64,000 nucleotides of DNA from an uncultured Solirubrobacterales bacterium (GTDB taxonomy: Bacteria; Actinomycetota; Thermoleophilia; Solirubrobacterales; Solirubrobacteraceae), in the NCBI GenBank assembly GCA_963713385.1, contig CAVQLO010000007.1, positions 59,020 to 123,019 of the forward strand. Reading direction: 5' to 3'. Below, one piece after another: positions 19,812-29,970 of the stretch. The notes beneath the pieces are model-generated. The model did not search any database. It had not been told where the DNA came from and saw only the letters and a program-made list of their open reading frames with translations. Position 1 is the first letter of the stretch. The number at the start of each line of letters is the position of its first letter. Made by a program: the position numbers and the translations under genes.

Positions 19812-20780
19812 ATGGATCGCAGCTGGCGCTGGGACTTCGAGGACGAGGAGAAGGCCGGCGTGCTCAGCTCCCCTGCGCCCAGCGAGGGTCAAGAGCCGAG
19901 CCCGGTGGCGGGCACGAGCGACGACGTCCCCCGCCGGCGCGTGCGCCGGCGTAGGCGCGGCGCGGCGCTGATCGTGGTGCTCGTGGTCGCGCTCGTGGTC
20001 GGTGCGCTGTCGGCCTCCCACCACGCGACCTCCTCCACGGCCGCCGCGAAGCGGGTCGGCGCGCGCCCCACGGCGCCGGCGGCGCCTCCGACGCTGAGCG
20101 GCGATCAGGCGGTCACGCGGGTGCTCGCCTACACGCCGTTCGTCAGGCAGGGCGGATCGCGCGGTCGGGACATAGCGCTGACGTTCGACGATGGGCCCGG
20201 GCCCTACACGCCCGGCTTGCTCACGGTGCTCGAGCGCCTGCACGTACACGCGACGTTTTTCGCGATCGGGATCATGGAGCGCTATTTCAGCGCCTCGACC
20301 GTGCGCGAGCTGCACGACGGCGATGTGGTCGGCGATCACACCGAGACCCACCCCGAGCTCGCGCGTTTGTCAGCGCGCGAACAACGCGAAGAGCTGTTCG
20401 AACAGATCGCGCGCATCGAACTGCTCGGCGGCCCGAGGCCGCGCCTTTTCCGCCCGCCCTACGGGTCCTACGACGCCACGACGATGCGCGAACTGCGCCG
20501 CCTTCACCTGCTGATGGTCCTCTGGTCGGTCGACACCGGCGATTACCTGATGCCCGGGGTGGGCGTGATCGTGCAGCGAGTTCTCGCCGGCGCACACCCG
20601 GGCGCGATCATCCTGATGCACGATGGCGGCGGCGATCGCTCACAGACGATCGCCGCGCTTCCCGCGATCATCGCCGCGCTTCACGCTCGCGGCTACCGCC
20701 TCGTGACCGTCCCTGAGCTGCTGGCCGACGATCCACCGCCGCCGGGCGAACCGCTTCCGGCGAACCTCAGTGGCGATTAG
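19812..20780 (+). CDS. Membrane-anchored polysaccharide deacetylase (NodB/CE4)
   Basis: ALTFDDGP, HTETHP, FRPPYG, WSVDTGD, IILMHDGG. Confidence 0.93.
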   Translation: MDRSWRWDFEDEEKAGVLSSPAPSEGQEPSPVAGTSDDVPRRRVRRRRRGAALIVVLVVALVVGALSASHHATSSTAAAKRVGARPTAPAAPPTLSGDQAVTRVLAYTPFVRQGGSRGRDIALTFDDGPGPYTPGLLTVLERLHVHATFFAIGIMERYFSASTVRELHDGDVVGDHTETHPELARLSAREQREELFEQIARIELLGGPRPRLFRPPYGSYDATTMRELRRLHLLMVLWSVDTGDYLMPGVGVIVQRVLAGAHPGAIILMHDGGGDRSQTIAALPAIIAALHARGYRLVTVPELLADDPPPPGEPLPANLSGD

Positions 20781-21907
20781 TAGGGAAGGTCTTCTGAGTA
20801 GTCGCCCTGCGCGTCGACGACATAGACCGTCAACACGACGCGCGCGCTCGCATTTTGCGGCGGCGTGATCGTCAGCGTCCCGTCTGGCGCGAGGCGCACC
20901 CAGGCCGGGACGAGCGCGATTCCCGGTTCGCTGCGGATGTAGAAGCGGTAGGGCGCGACCCCTCCGGTCGCGCTGAGGCGGACGGTCGTGGACGAGCCAT
21001 CGAGTACCGCGCCCAGAGGCGGGAAGATCACGCGGATGGCCGGGTTGACCGGCGTCGGCGCCGAGCCGGGGATCGCGACGACGACCGCGGTGGGGGCTGG
21101 CTGGCTGCGCTGCAGCCGCGCAGCGAAGTCGAACGCGCGCTGCGCGAGCAGGCTCTTCGCAAGCGACCGCAGCGTGACCCTGAAGTGAGCGGCCGACCCC
21201 GAGGCGCGCAGCACGCACGAGCGCATCGCGGCCAGGGCTCGATCCGAGGCGCCAGCCGGCGATGCCGCTTTGTGCAGCGCCAAGCTCAGGCAAGCCCGGA
21301 CGCGCGTTGGGATCGTCCGCGGGCGCGCGCGGTTGACAAAGGTCCATGCGAGCCCCGCGAGCGTCGCCGCCGCGCCGCGCGCGGGATCGACGCGAATCTC
21401 CTGGAGCGCTGTCTGCGGCGGCGGACGGCCGATCCTCAGCGTCACGCGTTCCCCGGGTCCGATGACAATCACCCGCCCACCGCTGGCGCTTGTGCTTTCA
21501 AGGTCTCTCGCCGACCTCGCGCCGGCCGCGTCTGAGAACGGATATTCAACGAATCCGAGGCTCGAGCCGCCCACCGTGACCAGCTGCGCGCGGCGCAGAT
21601 GGTTTACGAGCGCCAGCGACGCCTCGGCCTGTGTCGAGCCCGCCTCGAAGCATGCCGTGAGTGCAGCGCGCCCGCCGGGCATTGCGCCGGGAGAGATCCA
21701 CGACGGCCCAGGCGCACAGGCGGGGGCGCGACTCGCCGCCGCCGGGGCCGCGGCGAGCGTTGGCATCGCCGGCGCCCGAGCGACGGGTGCCAGCGCAGCG
21801 CCCGCGACGACCGCGACCAGAGCCAACGCCAGGCGCCAGGCCCGTCGCGATGCGCGCGCCGAGACGGTCGCGCGCGGTGTGATGCGAGTCGGTCCCCGAA
21901 AGCTCAT
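20777..21907 (-). CDS. Secreted hypothetical protein with C-terminal putative Ig (He_PIG-like) domain
   Basis: Signal-peptide-like segment; C-terminal LSATGGVAPYRF...DGTLTITP...VYVVDAQG. Start uncertain. Confidence 0.6.
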   Translation of the reverse strand: MSFRGPTRITPRATVSARASRRAWRLALALVAVVAGAALAPVARAPAMPTLAAAPAAASRAPACAPGPSWISPGAMPGGRAALTACFEAGSTQAEASLALVNHLRRAQLVTVGGSSLGFVEYPFSDAAGARSARDLESTSASGGRVIVIGPGERVTLRIGRPPPQTALQEIRVDPARGAAATLAGLAWTFVNRARPRTIPTRVRACLSLALHKAASPAGASDRALAAMRSCVLRASGSAAHFRVTLRSLAKSLLAQRAFDFAARLQRSQPAPTAVVVAIPGSAPTPVNPAIRVIFPPLGAVLDGSSTTVRLSATGGVAPYRFYIRSEPGIALVPAWVRLAPDGTLTITPPQNASARVVLTVYVVDAQGDYSEDLPY

Positions 21908-22165
21908 GTCGTGTGGCTCACCTCGCCGGACCTCGGCCCGGTCCCATCTGCTGACGTTTGTCTGCTTGATTCTAGCCGACGCGGCGGCGCCTCTCCGGGG
22001 CGCGCGCCTGTGAGTTCCTGACACCATCAGAAACCCGCCTGCGCGCGAAAAGGCGCGACCGAGCCTCGCAAGCGACGCCTTATGCGCGACGATCCTGGGA
22101 GGGCGGCAGCTATGCTGCGAGGCGAATGTGCCGATTGCGTGGAGCTCGCGTCGAGTGCACGGGCG

Positions 22166-23126
22166 ATGGACATCGGGGCTCTTCAGACTCGTCGTGAGGC
22201 GCGTCGCAGAGCGGTCCGTCGTCGACGTGTGGCGACGTGCCTGGCTGCTGCGCTGATCGTGGCCGTAGCCGCAATCGTCCTCGCCACCCGCGGCGGCGGC
22301 TCGTCAGCGGACGCGGTGAGGTCCGCGGGCGCTTCTCGAGCGCCACGCGCAGTCGCTGCGCCAAGGCCCGTAGTCAGTGCCCGAGCGCTGGCGAGCGGTC
22401 GCCCGGGAACCGATGCGATACCGATCCTGATGTATCACGTGATCTCCGCGCCGCCGGCCGGCGCCCCGTTTCCCGGCCTGTACGTGACACCCGGCGAATT
22501 CGCCGCGCAGATGCGCGCGCTGAAGGGCGCGGGGTGGCACGCGGTCACGCTCGACGAGGTCCAGGCCTATTGGCGCCGGGGGGCGTCACTGGGCGCCGGC
22601 AAGCCGATCGTGTTGACGTTCGACAACGGCTACCAGTCTCAGTACACGCAGGCGCTGCCCGTACTGCGCCAGCTGGGATGGGTCGCCGACGAGAACATCC
22701 AGCTCACCGGACTGCCGCCCTCCCAGGGCGGGCTGGGTCCCGCGGAGGTCCGCGGCATGCTCGCCGCCGGCTGGGAGCTCGACACCCAGGGCATCAGCCA
22801 CGCCGACCTGATCACGCTCGATCCCCAGCAGCTGCACGACCAGGTCGCCGTTGCCCGCACGATGCTCCAGCACAGATACCACGTTGCGGTGAACTGGTTC
22901 TGCTACCCGTCGGGCCACTACGACGCAGCCGTCATCGCGGCGGTGCAGAGGCGCGGGCTACCTCGGCTCGACGACCGTCGTGCCCGGCTGGGCGCATACC
23001 ACCGACGATCCCTATCGCCTTCACCGCCTGCGCGTCCTCGGCGGCACCGACCCCCAGCAGCTGCTGTCGCTGATCGCCGACACGCGCGAGGACCCCCCCG
23101 CTCCACCGTCCTATCCAAGCGGCTGA
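22166..23126 (+). CDS. Polysaccharide deacetylase (IcaB/PgaB-like CE4); frameshift near 22950
   Basis: IPILMYH, LTFDNGY, ISHADL, FCYPSG; continues as GYLGSTTV...LHRLRV in another frame. Confidence 0.88.
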
Positions 23127-23189
23127 GCGCGCTGCGCGACGCGGCCCGCGGCGGCCGAGCCACGACGCAAACTGCGACGCGATGGCCGC

Positions 23190-23894
23190 CTAGATGAGGA
23201 AGCTGAGCGGCGAGGTGCCGCTCTCGACCGCGAGTTTCGTGTCGGCGACGTCGAGGAACGGCACGATGCCCACGACGACGTTCGGCGGGTCCTCGCGCAT
23301 GAAGTAGTCGACCGGCGGCACGCTCCACGCCGTGTCGGTGTGCACGACCAGATGATTGACCGGCACGTCTATCGAGCAGAGCGGTATCCCGACGTCGTCG
23401 CGCATGTGCAGGTAGACACGCGGGGGCGCGAACGCGAAGAAGAACTCGATTCCCGACTGGCGCATGAACGCGATGCTCGCGTGCACGACCGCGCGCGTCC
23501 CCGCCCAGTCCTCGGAGGCGAAGCGACCGAATTCGGCCACGCGAGGGCGATGGCTGTCGATGAAGGATCGCATTCCGGGACTCAGCAGGAAGTAGTGCTC
23601 GGCGTCGATCTCCGAGCGCTTGGAGCCGAGCTCCAACCCGACCGTGGACACCACGCGGTCGCCCCTGCGCGCCACGAACAGCACATCGGGCCGCGTCACC
23701 CAGTGGGTGTTGTAGGTCGCCTGGTAGCGCTCGGCGCAGAAGTCCAAGCCCTCGACCATCGCGTCGGGCGTCATCGTCGTCGTGACGGTCGGCGCGTCGG
23801 TCAGCCTCACGCGCCCTCCGCCGGACCTCGCACGCCCCGGCGTCGCGGGACCAATGTTGCGTGTCGGGCGGCGTGTGTTCGCGGAAGCGCTCAT
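23190..23894 (-). CDS. Thermostable-hemolysin-like / GNAT-fold (FeeM-like) protein
   Basis: Pattern FCAERYQATY...PDVLFV...EHYF...RVAEFGRFAS...W...YF...PNVVVG resembles the thermostable hemolysin family; by recall only. Confidence 0.55.
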   Translation of the reverse strand: MSASANTRRPTRNIGPATPGRARSGGGRVRLTDAPTVTTTMTPDAMVEGLDFCAERYQATYNTHWVTRPDVLFVARRGDRVVSTVGLELGSKRSEIDAEHYFLLSPGMRSFIDSHRPRVAEFGRFASEDWAGTRAVVHASIAFMRQSGIEFFFAFAPPRVYLHMRDDVGIPLCSIDVPVNHLVVHTDTAWSVPPVDYFMREDPPNVVVGIVPFLDVADTKLAVESGTSPLSFLI

Positions 23895-24628
23895 CTTGTG
23901 CTCGCTCGGCGCCGGCATTGTGGCGACGTGACCCCCAGCGCCGTGGAGGCGGCGAACGGTATCACGCTCAAGTGGCAATTCCACGTCATTTGAACGCCTG
24001 CAACGGACCATGCGAAAAGCCGCTTAAAGGTGCGCCAACATTGGGCATCGGTAAACGCGTCAGCCCTTCGTGTCAGGGGTGCGCGTGTCAGGCCTCAGCG
24101 GACGCGCTGGCGCGGGCGCCCGCAGCCACCTGATCCCGGCGGCGGGCGTTCCGGCGCACAGGTCGCCGATCGGTCGTGGTGGGTCATCAGGCGGCGAAAA
24201 GCGCCGCAGCCGACGGTCGGCTGCGTCGAGCGGCGCGGCATGCATCGCGGCGGCGAGCGACGCTTCGCCGCTGACTGTGCTCGCTGCCCTCCCGCGCTTG
24301 AAGCAGGTGTCGCGGCGATCCTTGCCGCGACACCGCGCTTTGCGTATCCCAACGAACGGTGAAGAAGGACGGTCACCGTATTCGAGAGCCCGCCCGCGCC
24401 ATGACGATGAGCGCCAAACAGCGCTCAAGGCAGACCCCGCTCTGCGACCAGCGCGTGCGAACCGCATCCATATCGATGCCCACCCGCCGGCACGTGAATT
24501 TCTACCACCTGCATGCTGAGACGGGGTGAACCTATCTGGTGAAATTCCACCCACCCGGTGCACCACAATGTCCCATCAGCGCGGCCTGACGGTCGGTGCC
24601 GGTAGCGCGCGCGATACAAGCTCAGAGC

Positions 24629-25823
24629 TCACCGATCGGCGGCGTCACCGAGCTGCTCCAGGCGCAATGCGACTTCGAGCTCAGCGTGACACACCCGAAG
24701 CGGACGGTCAAGCCGCTTCTCGATCTTGCGAATGCGACGTTCGACGGTCTTGCGATCAACACCCAGGCAGTGCGCAGCCGTTGCGGCGTTGCAGCCAACT
24801 GACAGATACGCGCGCAGCGTCTCGATGAGCGTCATGCCGCTGTCGCCGCCGCTGCGCAGCGGCGCGAGGTAGGTCTCCCTCAGCGACTGCGTCAGCGTGT
24901 CGTCGGCGAGCGTGGTCGCGAGCAGGGCGCAATCACCGTAGCGGGCAACTTTGTGAGGCGTGCGCAGCGCGACCGACAGGGCGGTGCGAGCCTGCTGGTG
25001 GGTGAGGCGCCAGCCCTCCAGGCGGCGCTCGGCCTCGCCGATGCCCAGCGACACGCCGTGGAGCTCTTCGGCCGGGCAAGCTCGCTGGATGTCGGCGAAA
25101 GTGATCCGGCGCTCGCCACCCAGCCAGGCGGCGACGGCCCCTTCTCGGCGCGGCACCGCGAGGATCTGGCGGTTCAGGCGGGCCGCGATCTCCCGCACGG
25201 CGCGGTGTGCCTCGAGCCCGGTTGCCGCGAGGCCAAGGTGCCAGCCATCGAGGTCGTAGTCCAGCTCCGACGTATCTACATAGACGCCAGCGAGCAGCCT
25301 CTGCACACATTCGATCAGTCGCCGATCCTCGACCGGTTGCAGTGCCTCGCGCTCCTTTTCATACTCACGAGCGATCGAGGCCATGATGCGATCCAGCAGC
25401 AGAGCCTGGTCTCTCATCAGATCGAGCAGCACCGAGCGTGGGATGCGACCTCCCGCGTCGAGCAGCAGCTCGCCGAACAGCCGCTCGCCGGCCGCGAAGC
25501 GCCGCAGCACCGAGTCCAGCGCGACACCCGCGTGCGCGGCGCGGCGTGCCTGGGCGACGATCGCCGACGGCACCGATGCGGGCCGCCGCTCCGCCGGTCC
25601 CATTTCGGTGATGATACGCGTTGACACAGCCTTCGACCGCCATTCGCGAACCGGCTATGTACTCAGGGTCAGAGTTCGCGAGCGGGTCCACGACCGCGTC
25701 TCTGATGTGCGCTGAGATCGTTCTCGTTATCTCAGACTGTCGCGCGCGCAGCTGTTCCGCGAGCTCAGATCGATGCCCGCCAGGCAGCTCCCCTCGAATG
25801 CGCTCTGTCTTTTCCATCGACAC
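24629..25823 (-). CDS. PucR/CdaR-family transcriptional regulator; frameshift near 25620
   Basis: GWRLTHQQA, YLAPL, LIETLRAYLSVGCNAATAAHCLGVDRKTVERRIRKIE HTH; N-terminus in ORF 25365..25823. Confidence 0.9.
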
Positions 25824-25970
25824 AATCGCGGTGCGTTTCTCGCCCCTCTTTCACACACAACGCATCAACGAGGGTAACGGTTATCTCCGACCAGCCGGCG
25901 CCGAGACTGGCTGGCTGGCAAGACAGTTCAAAAGTGGAACACCGATTGGCGGCCGACGGCGACGAGCGAG

Positions 25971-26043
25971 AGCGGCGGACGGGTCTCGAACCCGCGACCT
26001 CGAGCTTGGGAAGCTCACGCTCTACCAACTGAGCTACCGCCGC
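25971..26043 (-). tRNA. tRNA-Gly (CCC)
   Basis: GCGGCGG/CCGCCGC acceptor stem, TAGCTCAGTTGGTAGAGC D arm, GAGC-TTCCCAA-GCTC anticodon arm, GGTTCGAGACC T arm; CCA not encoded. Confidence 0.97.
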
Positions 26044-26104
26044 GCGTCCCGAGATGTTACGCCCCCGGCCCGTGGCACCCGGCGTCTGTCTACCCTTGGT
26101 GGCC

Positions 26105-26653
26105 GTGCGACGCAACCTCGTCCCGATTCTCGTCTCGCTCGCCGGCGCGTGCCTGGTCGGGCTGTTGATCTACGGCGTTTCGGCACAATCGGCCGACCGC
26201 ACGCTGGATGAGCTCGTCGCGCGCAACCAGCGACCGCGCGCTCCCGACGCGACCAGCGCGCTGCCGCTGCTGAGCGGAACCGGCGAGTCCTCGCTCGCGT
26301 CGTTCAGGGGCAAGGTCGTCGTGCTCAACTTCTGGGCGTCGTGGTGTCAGCCGTGCCAGGTCGAGGCGCCCCTGCTCGAGCGGGCACAAGCGCGCCTGTT
26401 GCGCTCCGGCGCTACCGTGCTCGGCGTGACCTATCAGGACGCCTCGCCCGACTCGCAGGCCTTCGTGAGCCGCTATCACCTGACCTATCCCAACCTGCGC
26501 GACGGGGGCGGCGAATTCGTACGCTCATATGGGACCGAGGCCCTCCCGGAGAGCTTCATAATCGATCGCGACGGCCACATCGTCGCGATCTCGCGCGGCG
26601 AGATCGGGCAGGCCTTCCTGCAGCGCGCGATCTCGCTCGCCCAGAGCTCATGA
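26105..26653 (+). CDS. TlpA/ResA/CcmG-type thiol-disulfide oxidoreductase
   Basis: TM anchor, GKVVVLNFWASWCQPC, LPESFIIDRDG. Confidence 0.92.
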   Translation: MRRNLVPILVSLAGACLVGLLIYGVSAQSADRTLDELVARNQRPRAPDATSALPLLSGTGESSLASFRGKVVVLNFWASWCQPCQVEAPLLERAQARLLRSGATVLGVTYQDASPDSQAFVSRYHLTYPNLRDGGGEFVRSYGTEALPESFIIDRDGHIVAISRGEIGQAFLQRAISLAQSS

Positions 26654-27124
26654 GACGCGCTCGACTCGGACCGCTTGTGGCGCTGCTCGCGATCGCGGCG
26701 AGCTGCGGCCTCGCCGCCGGCGCCGGCGCCGTGAGCGCCAGCGGCTCGCTGCCGACGGTCGAACGCAAGTACATGTGCGTCACGTGCAAAATCCCGCTGA
26801 ACGTCGCCCAGTCGCCGCAGGCCAACCGCGAGCGGCAATTCCTCGCCGGCCTGATCACCCAAGGACGCGGCGAAGCGCAGATCAAGCGTGCGATGGTCAG
26901 CCAATATGGCCCGACGGTGCTCGCGCTGCCGAACACCCACGGCTTTGATCTCGCCGCCTATCTCGTGCCGCTCGCCGCCGTTCTCGCGCTGCTTGGCGCA
27001 CTCGCGCTTTTGCTTCCGCGCTGGCGTGAGCGTGCGCGCGCGCAGCCTGCACGACTCTGCGGGCGCGCAGCTGAGCACCGGCGACTCGGCTCGCCTGAAC
27101 GCAGATATGGCGCGCTTCGACTGA
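26650..27124 (+). CDS. ccmH: Cytochrome c biogenesis protein CcmH; frameshift near 27055
   Basis: ATGA overlap with the thioredoxin gene; MCVTC, QSPQA, MVSQYGPTVLALP, then a TM helix. Confidence 0.85.
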
Positions 27125-27142
27125 CGCCGGCGGTGGCCGTCG

Positions 27143-28836
27143 CTACATCTCCTGCGGCGCGCTGACCCCGAGCAGATCCAGGCTGCGCGCGAGCGTGTGG
27201 CGCGTAGCCAGCGACAGCGCGATGCGAAACGATTCGCTCTCGCGGCGGCTCGGCCCCGATCACGCGACAGTCGCGGTAGAAGGCCGTGAAGACCTGTGCG
27301 AGCTCCAGCGCGTAGGCGGCGATCCGGTGCGGGGCGCGGCGTTCGGCCGCCTCGCCGATCACCGCGGGAAAGTCGAGCAGCTGCGCGATCAACGCACGCT
27401 CGGCGCCGTGCAGCCCCTGCTCTACGCGCCTCGAGCTGCGCGCGAGCGGCCGCCTGCGCGCTGTGCGCCGGCGCGCGCGTGAGCATCGAGGCGATGCGCG
27501 CGTGCGCGTACTGCACGTAGTAGACGGGATTCTCGCTGGACTGCTCGCGCGCCAGGTCGAGGTCGAGGTCGATCGTGGTGTCGTGTGAGCGCGACAGCAA
27601 GAACCAGCGTGCGGCGTCGACGCCGATCTCCTGCACGAGATCGTCGAGCGTGACGAACTCGCCCGCGCGCTTTGACATCTGGGCGCGCTCTCCGCTGCGG
27701 ACGAGATGCACGAGCTGCATCGTGAGCAGCTCCAGCTGCGCCGGATCGCCGCCAAGCGCCTCGTAGGCCGCCTTCATCCTGGCGACATAGCCATGATGGT
27801 CTGCGCCCCAGACGTCGATCTGGCGATCGAAGCCGCGCTCGCGCTTGCCCTGGTGGTAGGCGATGTCAGACGCGAAGTAGGTGTGCTCGCCGCTGGAGCG
27901 CACGAGCACGCGATCCTTGTCGTCGCCGAACTCGGTCGTGCGCAGCCACACGGCGCCCTCGTCGCGATACGTGCGTCCCTGGCGCTCGAGGATCGTCAGC
28001 GCGTGCGAGACCGGGCTCACCTCGCCGGCGTGCAGGCTGCTCTCATACTCCCAGGAATCGAAGCTCACGCGAAAGCGTGCGAGCGAGCTCTGCAGCTGCT
28101 CGACGATCACGGCGACCGCCGCGACGCCGAGCTCGACCGCCGACAGCGTCGAGGCCTGCGGCAGGCTCGCGGCCAGCTCGGCCACGTACTCGCCGCGGTA
28201 GCCGTCCTCGGGGACCTCCTCGCCGCGCGACAGCGCGCCGATCGACTCGCCGAGCTTGAGCACCTGTGAGCCGGCGTCGTTGACGTAGAACTCGCGCAGC
28301 ACCTCGTGGCCGTGAAAGGACAGCAGTCGCGCCAGCGCGTCCCCATATGCGGCATTGCGCGCGTGGCCGACGTGCATCGGTCCGGTCGGGTTGGCCGACA
28401 CGAACTCGATGAGCACCCGCTCGCTGGCCGCGGTCAGCCCCGAGCCATAGCGCTCGGCGTCCGCCAGCATTTCTGCGAGGGCGCCGACCAGCCACGCATC
28501 TTCCATGAAAAGGTTCAAGAAGCCCGGCCCGGCTACCTCGAAGCGCGCGAGCGACGGGCCGAGCCGGGCGGCAAGTTGCTCACCGAGTCGCTGCGCCACC
28601 TCGCGCGGAGGCGCGCCGACCGCCGGCGCGAGCACGAGCGCCGCGTTGGTCGAATAGTCACCCAACTCCGCGCGAGGGGGGCGCTCGAGCGTGACCGCTG
28701 TGCCCGCCTGCGAGCCCCCCGCGAGCTCCTGCGCGCTGTCCAGCACGGCGCCGCGCAGGCTGGCAAGCGACCCCGAACGGCCGGGCGCGTCGGGTCGCAT
28801 GCCGCCTGGCTGGTCGCTGATAAGGGGGTGGGTCAT
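27143..28836 (-). CDS. argS: Arginine--tRNA ligase; frameshifts in the 3' part (about 27430 and 27235)
   Basis: GDYSTN, AGPGFLN, EFVSANPTGPMHVGHAR, WGADHHGY, MSKRAG, NPVYYVQYAHAR. Confidence 0.96.
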
Positions 28837-28869
28837 CGGTCCGTGCGCGGCGATTGCGATACTAGCTGC

Positions 28870-29187
28870 GTGAACGAGCAAGACTCAGGCGCCGAGCGCC
28901 ACATCAACATCCACCTCTCGCCCGAGATCATGGGCGGCGTCTACGCGAACTTCGCCAACGTCAGCCACTCCGACTACGAGTTCACGGTCACGTTCGCGCG
29001 CGTCGATCACGAGGTCGAGGCGGAGGAGGTTCCGGGCGTGGTCGTGTCGCGCGTCAACCTGTCGCCCCGCTTCATGCGCGAGCTGATCGACGCGATGGAG
29101 GACAACTACTCCAAGTGGCGCACCCGCGAGGGAATCAAGAATCTGCCCGAGTACGGCGGGACAGAGGCCGGACCAGACGAGGGATAG
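28870..29187 (+). CDS. DUF3467-family protein
   Basis: GGVYANFANVSHSDYEFTVTFAR...VVSRVNLSP; GTG start at 28870. Confidence 0.85.
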   Translation: MNEQDSGAERHINIHLSPEIMGGVYANFANVSHSDYEFTVTFARVDHEVEAEEVPGVVVSRVNLSPRFMRELIDAMEDNYSKWRTREGIKNLPEYGGTEAGPDEG

Positions 29188-29238
29188 CGTTCCGGGAAGC
29201 GCCAGGACCCGGGGCCTCACGGCCGCGAACGGAGAGCA

Positions 29239-29970
29239 ATGAAGGTCGCCGTCATCTCCGACATCCACGGCAACCGGCAGGCGTTCGAGGCGACGCTCGA
29301 GGCGGTCGCCGCCAGCGACGCAAGCGAGCTCTGGTGCCTCGGTGATCTCGTCGGCTACGGCGCGGAGCCGGACGCCTGCGTCGAGCTCGCCCGCGAGCAC
29401 GCCGCCGTCTGCCTGGGCGGAAATCACGACCTGGCCGTCGCCGGCGAGCTGCCGCTCGAGGAGTTCTCGCGCGGGGCGAGCCTTGCGGTGCAATGGACGC
29501 AGGAAGTGATTGAGCCCGAGAACCTCGCCTTCGTGGCGGCCCTCGAGCCGCAGGGCCAGGAGGGGACGATAGGGCTGTTTCACGCGAGCCCGCGCGACCC
29601 GGTGTGGGAGTACGTGCTCTCTGCGCTGCTGGCCGAGCTGTGCCTTGACGCGCAGCAACAGCGCGTGTGCCTGATCGGCCACTCGCACGTCGCGCTGTCG
29701 TTCGTGCGCCACGAGGGCGCGCTCGCGACCGGCGAGCCCCAGCGGGCGGGCACGCAACTCGATCTCGCGACCGGGGAATGGCTGCTCAACCCCGGAAGCG
29801 TCGGCCAGCCGCGCGATGGCGATCCGCGGGCGGCCTGGCTGCTGCTCGACCTCGACGGCCTGACGGCTTCTTTCATGCGCACGGAGTACGACGTGGCTGC
29901 CGCTGCCAGCGCGATTCGCGCCGCGCGCCTGCCCGACTCGCTGGCTCAGCGCCTGGAGTACGGTCAATGA
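29239..29970 (+). CDS. Calcineurin-like metallophosphoesterase
   Basis: SDIHGN, LGDLVGYG, GNHD, HASP, GHSH, NPGSVGQPRDGDPRAA. Confidence 0.94.
   Translation: MKVAVISDIHGNRQAFEATLEAVAASDASELWCLGDLVGYGAEPDACVELAREHAAVCLGGNHDLAVAGELPLEEFSRGASLAVQWTQEVIEPENLAFVAALEPQGQEGTIGLFHASPRDPVWEYVLSALLAELCLDAQQQRVCLIGHSHVALSFVRHEGALATGEPQRAGTQLDLATGEWLLNPGSVGQPRDGDPRAAWLLLDLDGLTASFMRTEYDVAAAASAIRAARLPDSLAQRLEYGQ

Noticed and set aside
24030-24619. Short ORFs in the 23.9-24.6 kb gap as protein genes
   Set aside because: Arg/Ala/Pro-rich without motifs, no clear RBS, and mutually overlapping on both strands.
23100-26043. Prophage or integrative element at tRNA-Gly
   Set aside because: No integrase, phage genes or duplicated tRNA 3' end seen.
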